From NCBI GenBank assembly GCA_015680685.1, contig MNCI01000270.1:875321-939320 (forward strand): DNA of 64,000 bases. Reading direction: 5' to 3'. The DNA is from Gnetum montanum. Lineage: Eukaryota; Plantae; Gnetophyta. The notes beneath the pieces were generated by a model. The model was not told where the DNA came from. It did no database searches and worked only from the letters and a program-made list of their open reading frames with translations. A program made the translations under genes and the position numbers. Shown piece after piece: positions 40,284 to 53,500 of this stretch; within the stretch, counting starts at the first letter, position 1, and each line of letters begins with the position of its first letter.

Positions 40284-41558
40284 GGGACATTGGCCACTGG
40301 TTCGCTAAGGTAGCACATGACTCCTACAATTTCTAGGATAATCAAAATGGGTTTCAACATAACCCTGCATAATGAAGAACCAAACGTTAGCACTATGTAT
40401 GAGCGAAGTTTACACATAGCATAACATAATCCTTTGATTATGTATAGCGTAGCATGACATTTTCATTACATGTAGCATAGCAGGATTTCGCAGTCACAAA
40501 AAAAATAAACTAAGAAAAATATACAAAAAAATAGCAACAAAGCAAGCCTCGTAGCGTAGCATGGTCATCAAACTATACAAAATGCAATAACGCTTAGATG
40601 ACACAAATGAAAAAGAATTGGTAAACATGGAACAATACAATGATGCAATCAACACATTATTATGAAGAGCTTAATAAATTCAACAACGTAGCAGTATTGT
40701 AGATTCAACAATACGACAAACCTACAAGACCTTACTACATACTAGCATACTACAATAAAAACATTACAAAGTGTAGATAAGTAAGAGTTTATTGTGCTAT
40801 AGCTATCCAACCATAATTTGGTTGTACAAAATAACTTGCATTGTACTACGTTAAACACATGTCTCATTTGTCAAATCACACAAAAGGCCAAACCCTCTTG
40901 AGGACGGCATGCTACACTAGCCATGCACTAAGCTATCCAGGCTTGCCCAAACCCCCATGACAAGGCAGTCACAAAAATGGCAACCAAGATGATACTACAT
41001 GTGGCTATAGCATAATGTCCGTATAGTTTCTGTGGCCAACTAGCAACAGTGGCAGCATAGCGGCCAAAATGGCCACCAAAATGATGGCAAAAGATGCAGA
41101 TTTCAATAATAACGATTGTAGAAGTCTGAACAACAAAGAAAACATAATAACCTACTAAGCAGATGGAGTCTCCTCCCACACCTCAATGTGCACTTGAGTT
41201 AGGGGCCCCAAAGTGTCCTTGACTTCATCCACTTTAATGAGCCCTACGTGCTTACGTTTTCCTTTAGGTGCCATTGCTTCACTTGAAAATGCTATTGGAT
41301 GCTACACTATGCTATTTTGCTTTCTCTTGGCATGATCGCACTACACTTTGGATGTGGGCTCTGCACCCTGACAACAAAAATGATAAGTTTACTAGGGGTA
41401 AACCCCTATTTATAGCTAACGCAGTGAAAAGAACTTGCCATTTTCGCATCTTGAGTAATGTGGGATGCCCCATGTAGCATAGTACTTTCATGTCATAAAC
41501 CTGCGATAGTGTAGCATTCCTGTTTGCAAATAGGTGGGCCCAACTGAAAATTTCACCC

Positions 41559-41884
41559 ACCTTAAATTAGCAACCTACCTGTACAAAGCCTACACCTCCA
41601 TGGTCTGAAAAGACCTTAAACTAGTAACTCTATCTAAAAACCTGTTAACGGTCCGCAAAAACCTTAAATTAGTAACATTTTACGAAGCCTACCTGTTAAC
41701 GGTCCGCATAGACCTTAAACTATTAACCTTATCCACCAACCTATTAATAGTTTTCAAAGACCTTAAACTAGTAACTTTGCCTTTACAACCTATTAATGGT
41801 CCACCACAACCTTAAACTGGTAGAGTTAACATCAATTGCACGTTCGAACCTGCTCACAATCTGCCAAGACCTTAAACTGGTAAC
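41559..41884 (+). repeat. Hairpin repeat array, ~48-60 bp period, with variable spacers
   Basis: ACCTRTTAAYGGTC-N6-RACCTTAAACTRGTAAC about 6 times, separated by dissimilar 11-24 nt segments. Confidence 0.85.
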
Positions 41885-41940
41885 TTGCGAACTTGGCCAA
41901 ATAATAAACAATCATTGCATGTTTCATTATTTCTTTGCAA

Positions 41941-44900
41941 ATATTTACTATTATGCAATATAGCTACAAACAAGTATCACTTGACCAGGCTTCTTCTTAT
42001 TGTGGCAGGGTGAACAAGATGGCCATGCAGTGTGATCTACACTCACTTTTGACCTTAACAAGTCCTCATGGCAAGCTTGCAAGATATCTGAGCTTAGAGT
42101 CAATAGACTGGGATTCATCTACTAATAACACTATAGCATCCCTAGAAACATCCCTAGATTGGCCCAAACATTTGGTCCAAGCCTTAGACTTAGAGGTCAG
42201 GGATGTGACCGAGGACCCTCTCATCAAAGCACCAGTAATGACATCTAGAGAAAAAATAAAAACACTAAAACTAAGTTCCCTCCTAGATTAACAAATGCAA
42301 AAAGATATATCCAGATCCCTTCAAGACAACATCAAAGTATTCACATGGTCCTACAATGACATGCTAGGCTTAGACCCACAGACTAACATTGTATTGGACC
42401 CATGTGTCAAACTGGTTAAAAAAAAGGCTCAAAAAATTAAACCAAAAATCGCACTAGTCGTACATGATGAAATCACCAAGCTATACCAAGCAGGATTTAT
42501 TCATGCAGTCGACTACTCAGAATGGGTGTCAAATATCATTGTAGTCTCTAAGAAAATGGGATGGATACGAATCTGTATAGACTTCCGAGATCTAAACAAG
42601 AAAATGATTAAAGATGACTTCCCACTACCAAGTATTGATCAACTTATCAACACTATGGCTAGTCATGCTTTGCTATCCTTCATGGATGGGTTCTCGGGTT
42701 ACAACCAAATTTGCAAAAAGCCAGAGCATCAATTGACAACTATATTTATGACCCCTTGGGGTACCTTTTGTTACACTATGATGCCCTTTGGTCTAAAGAA
42801 TGCCAAAGCAACCTATCAATGAGCCATGACCTACATATTCAGCGACTACCTCCTAGAGAGACTAAATGATTATGTGGATGACATAGCGGTCAATTCTAAG
42901 ACAACTATTGATCATCCCACTGATCTAGATGTAGTCCTGAAGCATTGTCACACGCATGACCTGCGTCTTAATTCAAAGAAGTGTGTTTTTGGCATAAAAA
43001 CCGAGCGCATGCTAGGGTTTGTAGTATCAAAGGTTGGAATATGAGTGGACCATGACAGAGTTAAGGCCATCGTTAACCTAGCACCCCCTACTAACCTTAA
43101 ATAATTACATGGATTTCAAGGCAGAATACAGTGCATTAGCAGTTTTATAGCAAGGTTGATTGACAAGTTACACCCCATGCAACACTTACTAAAGAAGGGG
43201 GTTAACTTTGAGTGGATAACACAGTGCCAACAAGCCTTTGATGACTTGAAGAAAGAGCTTTTACACCTCCTAACTATTTACCCACCACAAAGGGATAAGC
43301 CTTTCTACATCTACCTTGCTACTTCAGACACGTCTATCATAGCGCTGTTATGCCAAAAAAGAGAAGATGGCTCTGAAACCCTAGTATACTACTTGAGCAA
43401 TGCATTAATAGCATATGAAGCCAAATACAACAAAGTGGAAAGGAATTTTCTTGCTTTAGTGTTTGCACTAAAAAAGTGGAGACACTACCTATTTTTTAGC
43501 CAAGTGAAGATTATATGCAAAATCAACATACTTTGGGCTATCACGAACAACTTATATGAAAGTAGTAGGATAGCCCGATGGAAAGCAATAACAGTGGAAT
43601 TTGATTTACACTATGTAGCCCAATCATTAACGAAAGGACAAGCGATAGCTACGTAGCTTGCAACCTAACCCATTGACGATCAAGCAACCATAGATCCCAA
43701 ATTCCCTGATGAACATGTTATTAATATCAACTTTGTGCCATCACATTTTGAGGTCACTTTGCATTTCGATGGTGCCTCAACCATGTGAGGTGGTAGTGCT
43801 ACCACCATCATTACATTCCCCTCAAGGTACATGCAACCTTTTTCTTACCACTTCACGTTCCTTTGTATGAACAATGTAGCTAAGTATGAAGGACTCCTCA
43901 TGGGCCTCTTAGCAGCCCAATAATTAAAAATTTAACATTTGGTAGTTTGAGATGACTCACAACTTGTTGTCAATCAAATCACTAAAGTCTATGCCTCTAA
44001 AGCTTTGCACCTATAGCCTTACTATGATTTGGCCAAAAACTTGTTGCAATAGTTCACCATAACAAACATCTAGCATGTGCCACATAGTGAGAACATCGTA
44101 GTCGATGCCTTAGCTATGCTAGCATTAAATGTGCTACCACACCTATTCGAGACTCTACCTTCTTCCATAACAGAGTGCACAGACCCTATCACCCGAGCAG
44201 TACACGTGGCCTCTGTAAGCGCTACCAACACCCAAGAGTGCTACGCTAATATGAAGGCTTACTTGTAGCATGGTGAACCCCCACATGGTTTGACATCTAC
44301 CCAAAGGGATGCAATTCGAAAGCGAGCACAAGAGTATGTCCTTGTTGGAGATAATACCTTGTGTAAATGATCCTTTGATGGAATACTATTAACTTGTGTT
44401 GGTGGGGAGGAGGCATAAAAACTCATTAGCGAAGTCCATGAAGGACTATTTGGAGGACACATAGCTCCCAGGGCCATGGTATCTAAGATCAGATGCCTAG
44501 GGTATTATTAGCCTTGCATAGAATGAGATTTTTTTGCTAAAGTTAAGACGTGTGACACATGCCAACATCACGCAAATCTTATACATGTGTCACCTACTAA
44601 GTTGCATCCTACACAGATCACGTGGCCATTCCAACAATGGGGACTAGATATCATAGGACCCATAACACCTAAGTCTTCTACAGGACATAGCTTCATCATT
44701 ACTTCCACCGAGTACTTTACAAAGTGGGCAGAAGCTATCCCCCTTAGGAAAACTACATTTCAATAGGTTTGCCAGTTCATCTTGGACAACAGTATAACAA
44801 GGTTTGGTCTTCCCATGACTATTGTGATGGACAATGGGCCACAGTTTAGTAGTGCGAAACCAGAGCCTTTTGTAGCAACCTTGGCATTAAGCAATCTTTC

Positions 44901-45479
44901 TCATCACCATATTACCCACAGGCTAATAGTTAGGTAGAAGAAATAAACAAAGACATCATCAGCTTGCTTAAAAGAATGCTTAGCAACAGCAAGAGGCAAT
45001 GACACGAACAAATCCTCTATGTGCTCTGGGCCTACTGTACAATGTGCAGGATAGCTATAGGTAAGACCCCCTATAGCCTAGTCTACAAATCTAAAGCAGT
45101 GTTGCCTCTTGAATTGTAGGTACCATCACTGTGGATGATCCTTTCAAGCATTATGAATGAAGCCCAAAACAATGAGTCAAGGATCATCCATCTCGACTAC
45201 TTAGAGGAAGAGCGTGCACAAACACTAGGTCGCATCGAATGGTATCAAGACAAGCAATGGCAAAAGCACCATGTAGACCTACATCGAAGGCTAATTAAAA
45301 AGGGGGACCTAGTCCTCAAAGCTTTGCATGAACATGTGGACAAGTTTTTGGCAAACTAGGAAGGTCCATTCGTAGTCACAAAAGCCTATGAGAATGGAGA
45401 CTTCAAGCTGGCAGACATGGATGGCAAAGAGTTTGCAAATCCTATGAACCACTTGTACTTGAAGCCATACTTCTTCTAA
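41941..45479 (+). pseudogene. Element D pol: RT, RNase H, aRH, integrase
   Basis: FTWSYNDMLGLD, RICIDFRDLNK, MPFGLKNA, YVDD at 42871; LHFDGAS...NNVAKYEGLLMGL (aRH); HEGLFGGH...CDTC, WGLDIIGP, DNGPQF; *EGPF; stop at 45477-45479. Confidence 0.96.
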
Positions 45480-45495
45480 TGTAAAAGCAAGGTAA

Positions 45496-45888
45496 GCATC
45501 GATAGTCCATTGTGACTATAAACTGGCATCTATAGTCCTCTACAACTATAAACTAGCATCCATAGTCCACTATGACTATAAACTGGCATCCATAGTCCGC
45601 TATGATTATAAAATGGCATCCACAGTCCACCATGACTATAAACTAGCATAGATAGTCTACCATGACTATAAACTAGCATAAAAAATTTTCTATGATGTTA
45701 AACTGGCACAAATGGTCTACTAAAACCTTAAACTGGCCCATCCATCGTCTACTACGATGATAAACTAGCACAACAGTCTGCTAGGATCTTAAACTAGCAC
45801 AACATTCTGCTAGGACCTTAAACTAGCACAGTGGTCTATTGGGACCTTAAACTAATACATCAGATGGTCTACTAGGACCTTAAACTAG
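45496..45888 (+). repeat. ~30-bp tandem array in the 3' UTR of element D (~13 units)
   Basis: GCATCCATAGTC-CACTAT-GACTATAAACTG consensus drifting to GGTC-N6-GACCTTAAACTAG. Confidence 0.92.
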
Positions 45889-47283
45889 ATTTACAGCACA
45901 ACGTTCCCAAATCACAATCTGTGACCATTTAAACAAGCAAGTGTGAATAGTGCCCATGCGGGGTGAAGCGTTGCAGTTCCAAAATGCAGTTCATGATGAC
46001 AAGAAAGAACCCTCTAGAAAATTTGTGATGCCACTACGCTTGGCATCTTGTTGATCCTCTAGATATGTCACCTGACATCTTAATAACCTTCTAGAGCTAC
46101 TACTACCATGTCCTGTTCCCCTGGTAGTAGCTTCCATTGTCAACACCTGCTACTGGAGTCCTTGCACTATTGTGGCCCAGCCACAAAGTTTCTACCCTCC
46201 AACCCCTGCCATCGACTGAGCTCAAAAGATGTTCAGTTGTTAGGCCTCTCACCTTATAGTTGAACTATATTATGTTTGCCTTGGGTGGGAACTCCTAAGC
46301 ACTCGCATCATCACAACTCCTAGCCCCCTCAGTGCCAACCACTTTAGCCTGCCGCTACCAGAGCCGCTGTCGACCTTCATTCTTTAGACATTGCATTCCT
46401 CAGCAATAGTGCTTGTCATTTCAGTTATGTATAAAGTAAGTAAGACCTTTGCCTAACTGCATTTCATGTTTACATTTCTCTATTCTACTTTCTGTTTCAT
46501 TTGCAAGATAAGGGCCAATATGGTGTCAATCAAAGATGCATTTTGCCAGGAGGATAGGACACCACATCATTCTGAGGTGACCACTCTAACTAGCCTCGCT
46601 ACTTGGGAGTGCACATTCTTCCCTTCCTCTTAACCTTTTTCATCTAATTTCCCAAACCTATTTTCATATCCATCTTATAAGATTTCTTGATGCATGTAAA
46701 ACCCTCCCATATGCTAAACCGCAAAGTCCATGACACGTGTAATGCAACTCGCCACATGGGAAGCATCTGTAGGCAGGTCAAAGCCCCATGTGGATGTAAT
46801 GTAACTCATCTTGGGGAGGAAACACCTGTCCCACAAGAACAAGGTTGTTTACAAATGAATATGTCTAAACAACAACAAAAAAGCACAAAAGCATAGCAGA
46901 GCTCAAAAAAACAAAAGAAAAAAAAAGAGAGCGTGTGCCCAAAGCAAATGGCACACCAGCTATTTTACAATGACCATCTCCAAGCATTCCAATGAGAGCT
47001 CAAAAGCTCGTAAAAGAAAATATGTCCATGCAAGCCAATTCCCTCACAAGCACTCCAACAAGGAACCATGCTACATTTCATCTTTCCTTTGCCTAAACCT
47101 ATTGCCTCAAGTCCACCCTTTCTCCTTTCCCCTGCACAACTATCCTATTACTCCCAAGCACAGCAAAGTGATGTTTGAGCAACCATCGAAGAGCGATGGT
47201 GGTAACTTATCCTTCATGGTGTTTCTTATTCTTTGTTGATGTCTATCGAGAAAATCCTCTAGACATCGACAAAGAGGGGCTAA

Positions 47284-49135
47284 TGAAACACCATAAAATT
47301 TCAGGACCCTCATGCCTTGGCAAGGTCTTGGAATTCATGCAAGGACTTCCAAAAGTGCAACGTCATGATAGTTTAGCAAAAAAATGTAGGCATTGAGGTT
47401 GGACTGTCCAATCCAAAAAAATTTCTATCTTTAGAGCTGATAGGCCTGATAGACTCTCTAGCCTACCCACTTGGATAGTTGACCTGACTAATAGTCTACT
47501 CAGAAACTATGCTAGGATTTATTGAAAGTGTTTGGGATGAGAAAAATAGTTTGGCAAGTTTTCTAGTAAAGAAGTCTACTATGATACACTATGCTAGGTA
47601 GCATAGCAAGCCTTGAAGGATAGTTGCTCAAGCGTCCAAGTGCGAATTTCCAAAATGCTTACAAAACAAGTCAAGATTTAGTCAACGCAAGGTGCTACAC
47701 TATGGTACACTATGTAGTGTAGCATAGTGTAGAAAAGGCAAAGTAGAAAGGCCCATCTTGCTAAGTGATTCCAACAAGAAAGTTGTACTCGGCAACACTT
47801 CGGCCTCCAAAATCAGTTACCTTGCATAGCCCCCAGGCCTCAAGCAAAGTTTCTTGCTAGAAAATGGCAGACTGAATGAAAAAGTAGGATACGTTGGCTA
47901 CTACGCTATGCTATGCTACATAGCGTACCAACAATGCAAAAGCAGCAAAAGTGTTTCAAATGTAAGTTCAGTGAGTTCAAAGGATTCCTAACATAAAGGA
48001 CAAAAGTTGTAGTTGTTAGCATGACTAAGCCTTAGATAAATGCTTTTAGCTCCAACACAAGTTTCAATCAAGACTAGTGGCTATACTATGCTATGCTATG
48101 TAGCATAGCACAGCGTAGCAAGCAGCCACTTGCGCTACACCAATGTACTCGACAGCGTAAGTAATGCAACACTGGTACAGAAGCATCAAGATGTCTTTGA
48201 GTAACTCTAGAACTTGTTGACAGTGATCTTCCTCACTCTGGCATCTTCTTGGCAAAATTAGCAATTTCCCTCCATCTTGCACATCCCCTGGTTAGCTTCC
48301 AAAACATTGTTCCTACGCTTGACCCTACTTGTAAGAGCATGGAAGACGTAGTCCTGGAGCATAGGCTCCATTTCGCTACCGTTGTGAGCACACTAGATCT
48401 CGGCACATGCAGTTCTAGCGGTATGGTCATAGTCTAACCAAGTTCACATCCAGCTTCGCATACCTGTATGGTAGGACACGTTAGCATTTTGTGGGGTCTA
48501 GGACACGTAGCATTCAAGATCCATTTCTCGCCTGCTCCTAGACCTATATATACCCTAGCAAACAATGCTCAAAGGTTTGGCTTTTTTTCTCAAAGAGTTG
48601 GCATTTTTACATTGACAAGAGCAGTTGGCTTGTTGGCTTTTCACGTTGGCTAGTTGGCTTCTTGATTGGCTCCTTAGCAAATACAGTTGGATTTTTTGAT
48701 GCAGTTGGCTTTCATAAGGGATAGTTGGCATTTTTCTTGAGCATTCTAGTTACCTTTGAGTTTTCTGTGTGTCTATGGCATTGCAAAACCTATTGTACAC
48801 CTTTCAAACAAGGCAAAGAATCGAATCTATGACCTTGGGGCATTGCATTTTCTCACTCGAGTTTGTTCTGCTATTTATTTACTATTATCATTATTTTGCA
48901 CTATTTTCTCCATTTTACATTTATTGATCATTGATTTACCTCACATATCTCACCTTCGAAACAACATTTACATAAGGTTAAGATACACTGATTAAGTCCT
49001 TGTCTAATCGACCAGACCGTTTAGGGTGCCCCACTTCCATTTTTTCTCTAGCACAGCCCTCACATAGATCTGGGGTTAAATTGTTCAGCTAGCAACCTCT
49101 CGGTGTTCCAGCCATCAACATTTTCGGTTGCTACA
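47284..49135 (+). repeat. Element D 3' LTR (1852 bp); PPT AAAGAGGGGC at 47271-47280
   Basis: TGAAAC...GCTACA followed by the TSD. Confidence 0.95.
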
Positions 49136-49140
49136 GGTGG

Positions 49141-49980
49141 TGACCAACAACAGGCTTCAAAGTCAACTAACTCATAGAGGTCTACACCAAGATCATCTAC
49201 ATCCATAGGCAAGGGACCCAAGGCACATACATTAAAACCTATGCTAAAAACTCTAGGAAGAATGGAGAAAGTTAAAACCACTAAGGTTGAAAGGTTGCAC
49301 ACCAAGGAAAATAATTTCCTCACAACAATGGAATAAGCCGAATGACCATTGAAACAAAAGAACATGTTGTTGAACTTGTATAACCTGGTCTTAGGCATTA
49401 ACCTCTATCACTGTGAGTAGAGACATGCTTGCCAACCAAGAATCAATCTAGTTTTTCATTGAGAAAGCTTCACTTAGAGAAAATGGACATTAGACCATGC
49501 TTAATGTTTGTGACAATGATGGAAAGATTGACTCTTTAAATGAAGAGTTTCTATCTACTCCTCTCCTCATTACTATACGTGTTGACAAATACAAGGTCCA
49601 TCATGTTCATGTGGATGATGGGATAGTAACTAATGTAATACCATTTTCCATTATTGATAAGCTAGGCTTAACCAAGAATATCCAAGAAACTGCTACCTTA
49701 ACACTCAAGTCAGTTAATGGCTTATGAGTAGTAGTGTGAGGTTCCATTTTCTTGGATTTCATAGCTAGTGGGAAATTCCCTACATTCATCAACTTCTTAG
49801 TGGTTGAAGAGACACATGGCTTCAACTTGATCTTAGGAAGGCCATGGTTAGCTAAGCTTCATGCTATCTCATCTCCTATACATTAAGAGATTCAATTATC
49901 CTACAAGGAAGGAAAAATTGTCATTCATGGAGACAACATATTGCTACCTTCAATTAACCATGTCAACATTGACTGAGGTT
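49141..49980 (+). pseudogene. Element E gag C-terminus and protease (continues after D)
   Basis: LGRMEK...LKQKN; VHVDDGIVTNVIPFSIIDKLGL...FNLILGRPWL. Paralogous to D 35100-35850. Confidence 0.87.
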
Positions 49981-50320
49981 CAAAGGTGAAGTTTCAACAG
50001 AAAACTACTAATACTTAGACTAGGAGCACCAACAACAAAGACAATAACAATGCTAGTAGTATCAAGTTTGTGACATGGGGTGATCAACGAAAATACATGC
50101 AACTTACCATGCTAAATAAGAGAGATGGTAAGCATAAGATTTTGCTAAAAGGATTCCTTGATCTTTCAAAGATCAAATAGAAAGTTCATAGTAAACGTCT
50201 CATCCATTCTTTTGTCAATCATTTCTCCATCTTTGTGACATTGTATCATGTTTTGTTGTTGATTCTATCCTTCTATGCTCTTTTGAAAGCATCCCATACT
50301 TACTAGGAAAGTATAAAATA

Positions 50321-50507
50321 TGACCCGCTAAGGCCTAAAATTGGAAAACTCAAGACTTGTTAGACCTAAAACTGGCAAATTCACAACCTACTAAGGCCTA
50401 AAATTGGTAACGTCATGGCCTTCCATGGCTAAAACTAGCAAAACATGTGGCTTGCCATGGCCTAAAATTGGCAAAACATTAAGGCCCACCATGGCCTAAA
50501 ACTAGCA
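50321..50507 (+). repeat. ~31-bp tandem array after the protease of element E (6 units)
   Basis: GGCC-N6-GGCCTAAAA(C/T)T(G/A)G units. Confidence 0.85.
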
Positions 50508-53500
50508 AATACTTTATCACCATTTACAGCCTAGTTCACACCCTAGTAGCCAACATATAGCCAATTTTACATTTTTATAATCAATCACAATCACATAAGT
50601 TAACAAACATAGCTTATGACATGGACGAAAATGTAAAACATACAACACATATGAAACATTAAATACTAGAACATATAAACCAAATTAAGATTTAAAAATA
50701 ATAATAGTCTAATGTATTTAATACGGTAACCAAGGTCAAAAAATGTTAAACCATAAACTATCTCTTAAACATCATTGGTTAACTCTAGCCACAGCATCAT
50801 AACAAAATGAACATTAATTACAAATGGAATAACCAAGGGCAATGACCAAATGATGGTATTAAGAGGCTGCTAGAGGAGGTTGAGGAGAACTTTTTTCTTC
50901 ACCACTAGGACCACCAACATCACCTAGTTCCTATATCACAATGAAACAAGTTTAATTAGTAATTGACAATAGTCATAAATCCCAAATTGAATTTTGCAAA
51001 ATTTTACTAAGCACCCTAGTTAATGGTGAAATTAGCCATAGTAAAAACTCTAAGAGGGCTAGTCAAAATTTTCTAAAAATTCAAATGACTATTGAAAACT
51101 AAAAACCAACATGTAAATAACCTTATAAACCTTTGAACATAGTGATAAAAACATAACAACAACACCAACGTTGCTTGTACAAACAAGGGGATTTGCAATT
51201 TTCAGAACCAAAACTATAACTATAAAAGGCTATCTACGCTAGGATAAAAATGACAAATTAGGAATAAATTTTTTCTAAGTCTAGGGCTATGTGGTCATGA
51301 AATTAAATGGAATTTAACATCTATGCTATATTTCCAAGCTTGAAAAAAATTTAAAACACCACACAAAATCATAATGGAATTCAACCAAAAATTGCACAAC
51401 AACATGAGACTAAAGAAAATGGCCATAAGGAATCACTAATGAAAAATATGAATTTTTTTTTAATTTTTCTAAACCCAATATTAAACCCTTCCTCACACCT
51501 TTGAGAATTCCCAAGAACCTAGGACATTGGTTGAAAAAAATTTCCAAAGTGTCAACATTACCCATCTTCACAGGTGTAAAGCTATAAAAACCAAGAATTT
51601 CAACATACACCGATCTACAAAAAAATTTACCAAAAATTAACCGTATATCCAAATTTGATGATTCCATACTCATTATAATTTTTAAAAATTAATCTAAAAA
51701 CTAGAAAATTCATAACATTTTTTGAACCAAAAAATGCAAAAGTAACATGAAAAGCCAATAGCCAAAACTGCAAACCCACTATGTAGTGGCTTACAAAAAA
51801 TCACATAGAAAATCAACTGTAAGTCAAAATTCAAGGGTTTAAAAACTAGTTTGACAAAACAAAATAATACTATAATCATATGGCCATAAAAATAAAATAA
51901 TCCTAACTATTTGGATACAAAAAAAATAGAAAAGTGGTATTTTTTTTTGGCTCTTAACTACAGAAAAATGCTTAGGGAAGATTGAAACAAATTTTTAATT
52001 CAATATACACCAATCCCAAAACTATATCAACAATGAAAACCCATGAACATAGACTAGATATAATGTAGAAATTTTATAAAATTCAATTTTAACAAATACC
52101 TAAACCTACATAAAAATATGCCCAAGTTTCTAGTAAAACTTCTTACAAAATGGTTAGGAATTATGTACCTAGGAATGATGGCAAAAGAACCAAAAATCAA
52201 GGGCCATTGTAGGTTTGAGAGGCCTTTAGTAGTAACATTATCCTCCTCCAAGGTTGGATTTTTGCTAGTTGCGACCCTCCTCTTTGACATCTTGAATAAG
52301 TAGCACTAAAACTAACAAAACCTTCATACTTATGGAGCCTCCTGTAGCAATTGTGCCTACTCCTTGGGGTAGAAATGTTGGAATACACTAGGAATAGGTG
52401 TGGTGAAGGCAAGAAATGGATTAAATCTTAGATTCTAGGCACTATAGGTTAAGAGTGTTGAGAGAATTACAATTTTTGTAAAATCATAATTTGGAAATCG
52501 CTCCCAAACTTATGCACCTACCTTCAAAACCCAAGTTTCCTCAAAACACTCACACAACTCCTATTCAACCTAATGATCATAATTAGAAAGTGGAACTACA
52601 CTGGGTGAGTGGGAAATTGATTCATGCAATAACTCAAATTTAAGATGGGCCCCACTAGGCAGCTATGTAACAAGCTAATGAAAAATCATACTGCACTTGG
52701 AGTTGAGCCTTCTCATAGTAACTACATTGGAGTTTAAGCATCCAAAATCCTTGAAATCAATTTTGAATCCTAAATACTACCAAAACACACCTCACAACCA
52801 TCCATACATGTCATAAAACCTTATGCCCAAAGTGGAAAACTAGGTGTTAGCATTAATAGAAACTAGATGCCAAGGAAAGCCAAAACTCACACTAACGCTT
52901 ACTATTTAGAGTAACTACATTGGCTAGTAGCTTGACTACCCTAGAAAACATATTTTCAAATGGAATAATTTCTTGTACCATCAACCAAACTCTTGATCCT
53001 TTCCAAAATTATCAAACCATGGAACAAACCCTAACCAAAACCTTTGACAACTTTGAAATTCCATAAAGCTAGTTAAAAATCATCAAAACTCATTTTCCTT
53101 GCATGGACTATGCTAGGAGAGGTCTCAACTAGATTGGCTAGCATAGTCCCAATGTAGTTGAATTAGGAATAAATACCAAAAACCAAAAATAACCTCCAAA
53201 ATAACATATCTTAACCTTAACACTCCTTTAGAATCGTTAGTGACCTTGCACTGGTAAATTGTAAGATAAAAGTAAGTCAAATCTTATTTTTGCCTTTTGA
53301 CTACACTGAGGAAGCTTGGAACTATGTTGGCCAACATAGTCCCACTTCCAAAACATCAAAATAAGTTACCAACATGTTGAATCAACTTCTCGATGTATCA
53401 TCTCAACCTTAGAACCCTAATGGTACCTTCAAATGTCACTAAACCCAAGAAATTAGGCTAAAATTGGAAAAAAATTATCACATTCCCCCATCTATGTTCA

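Larger units (their letters stand above)
36637..41274 (-). pseudogene. Antisense multi-exon extra gene inside element D (unknown product)
   Basis: TATA box CTATAAATAGGGG at ~41403-41415 (-); ATG at 41274 (MAPKGKRK); donor and acceptor/branch signals; residual ORFs 39313-39591, 38906-39208, 37827-38219, 36637-36906. Confidence 0.7.
30174..49135 (+). mobile_element. Element D: full-length ~19-kb Tat-type Ty3/Gypsy retrotransposon (decayed)
   Basis: Perfect TSD GGTGG (30169-30173, 49136-49140), two ~1.85-kb LTRs, PBS, PPT, gag-protease and RT-RH-aRH-integrase. Confidence 0.95.

Noticed and set aside
40148-40417. Extensin-like poly-proline ORF
   Set aside because: The poly-Pro derives only from the poly-G run.
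41559-41884. CRISPR array
   Set aside because: Plant retrotransposon context, no cas genes, degenerate repeats and mostly 11-14 nt spacers. Kept only as a hairpin array.
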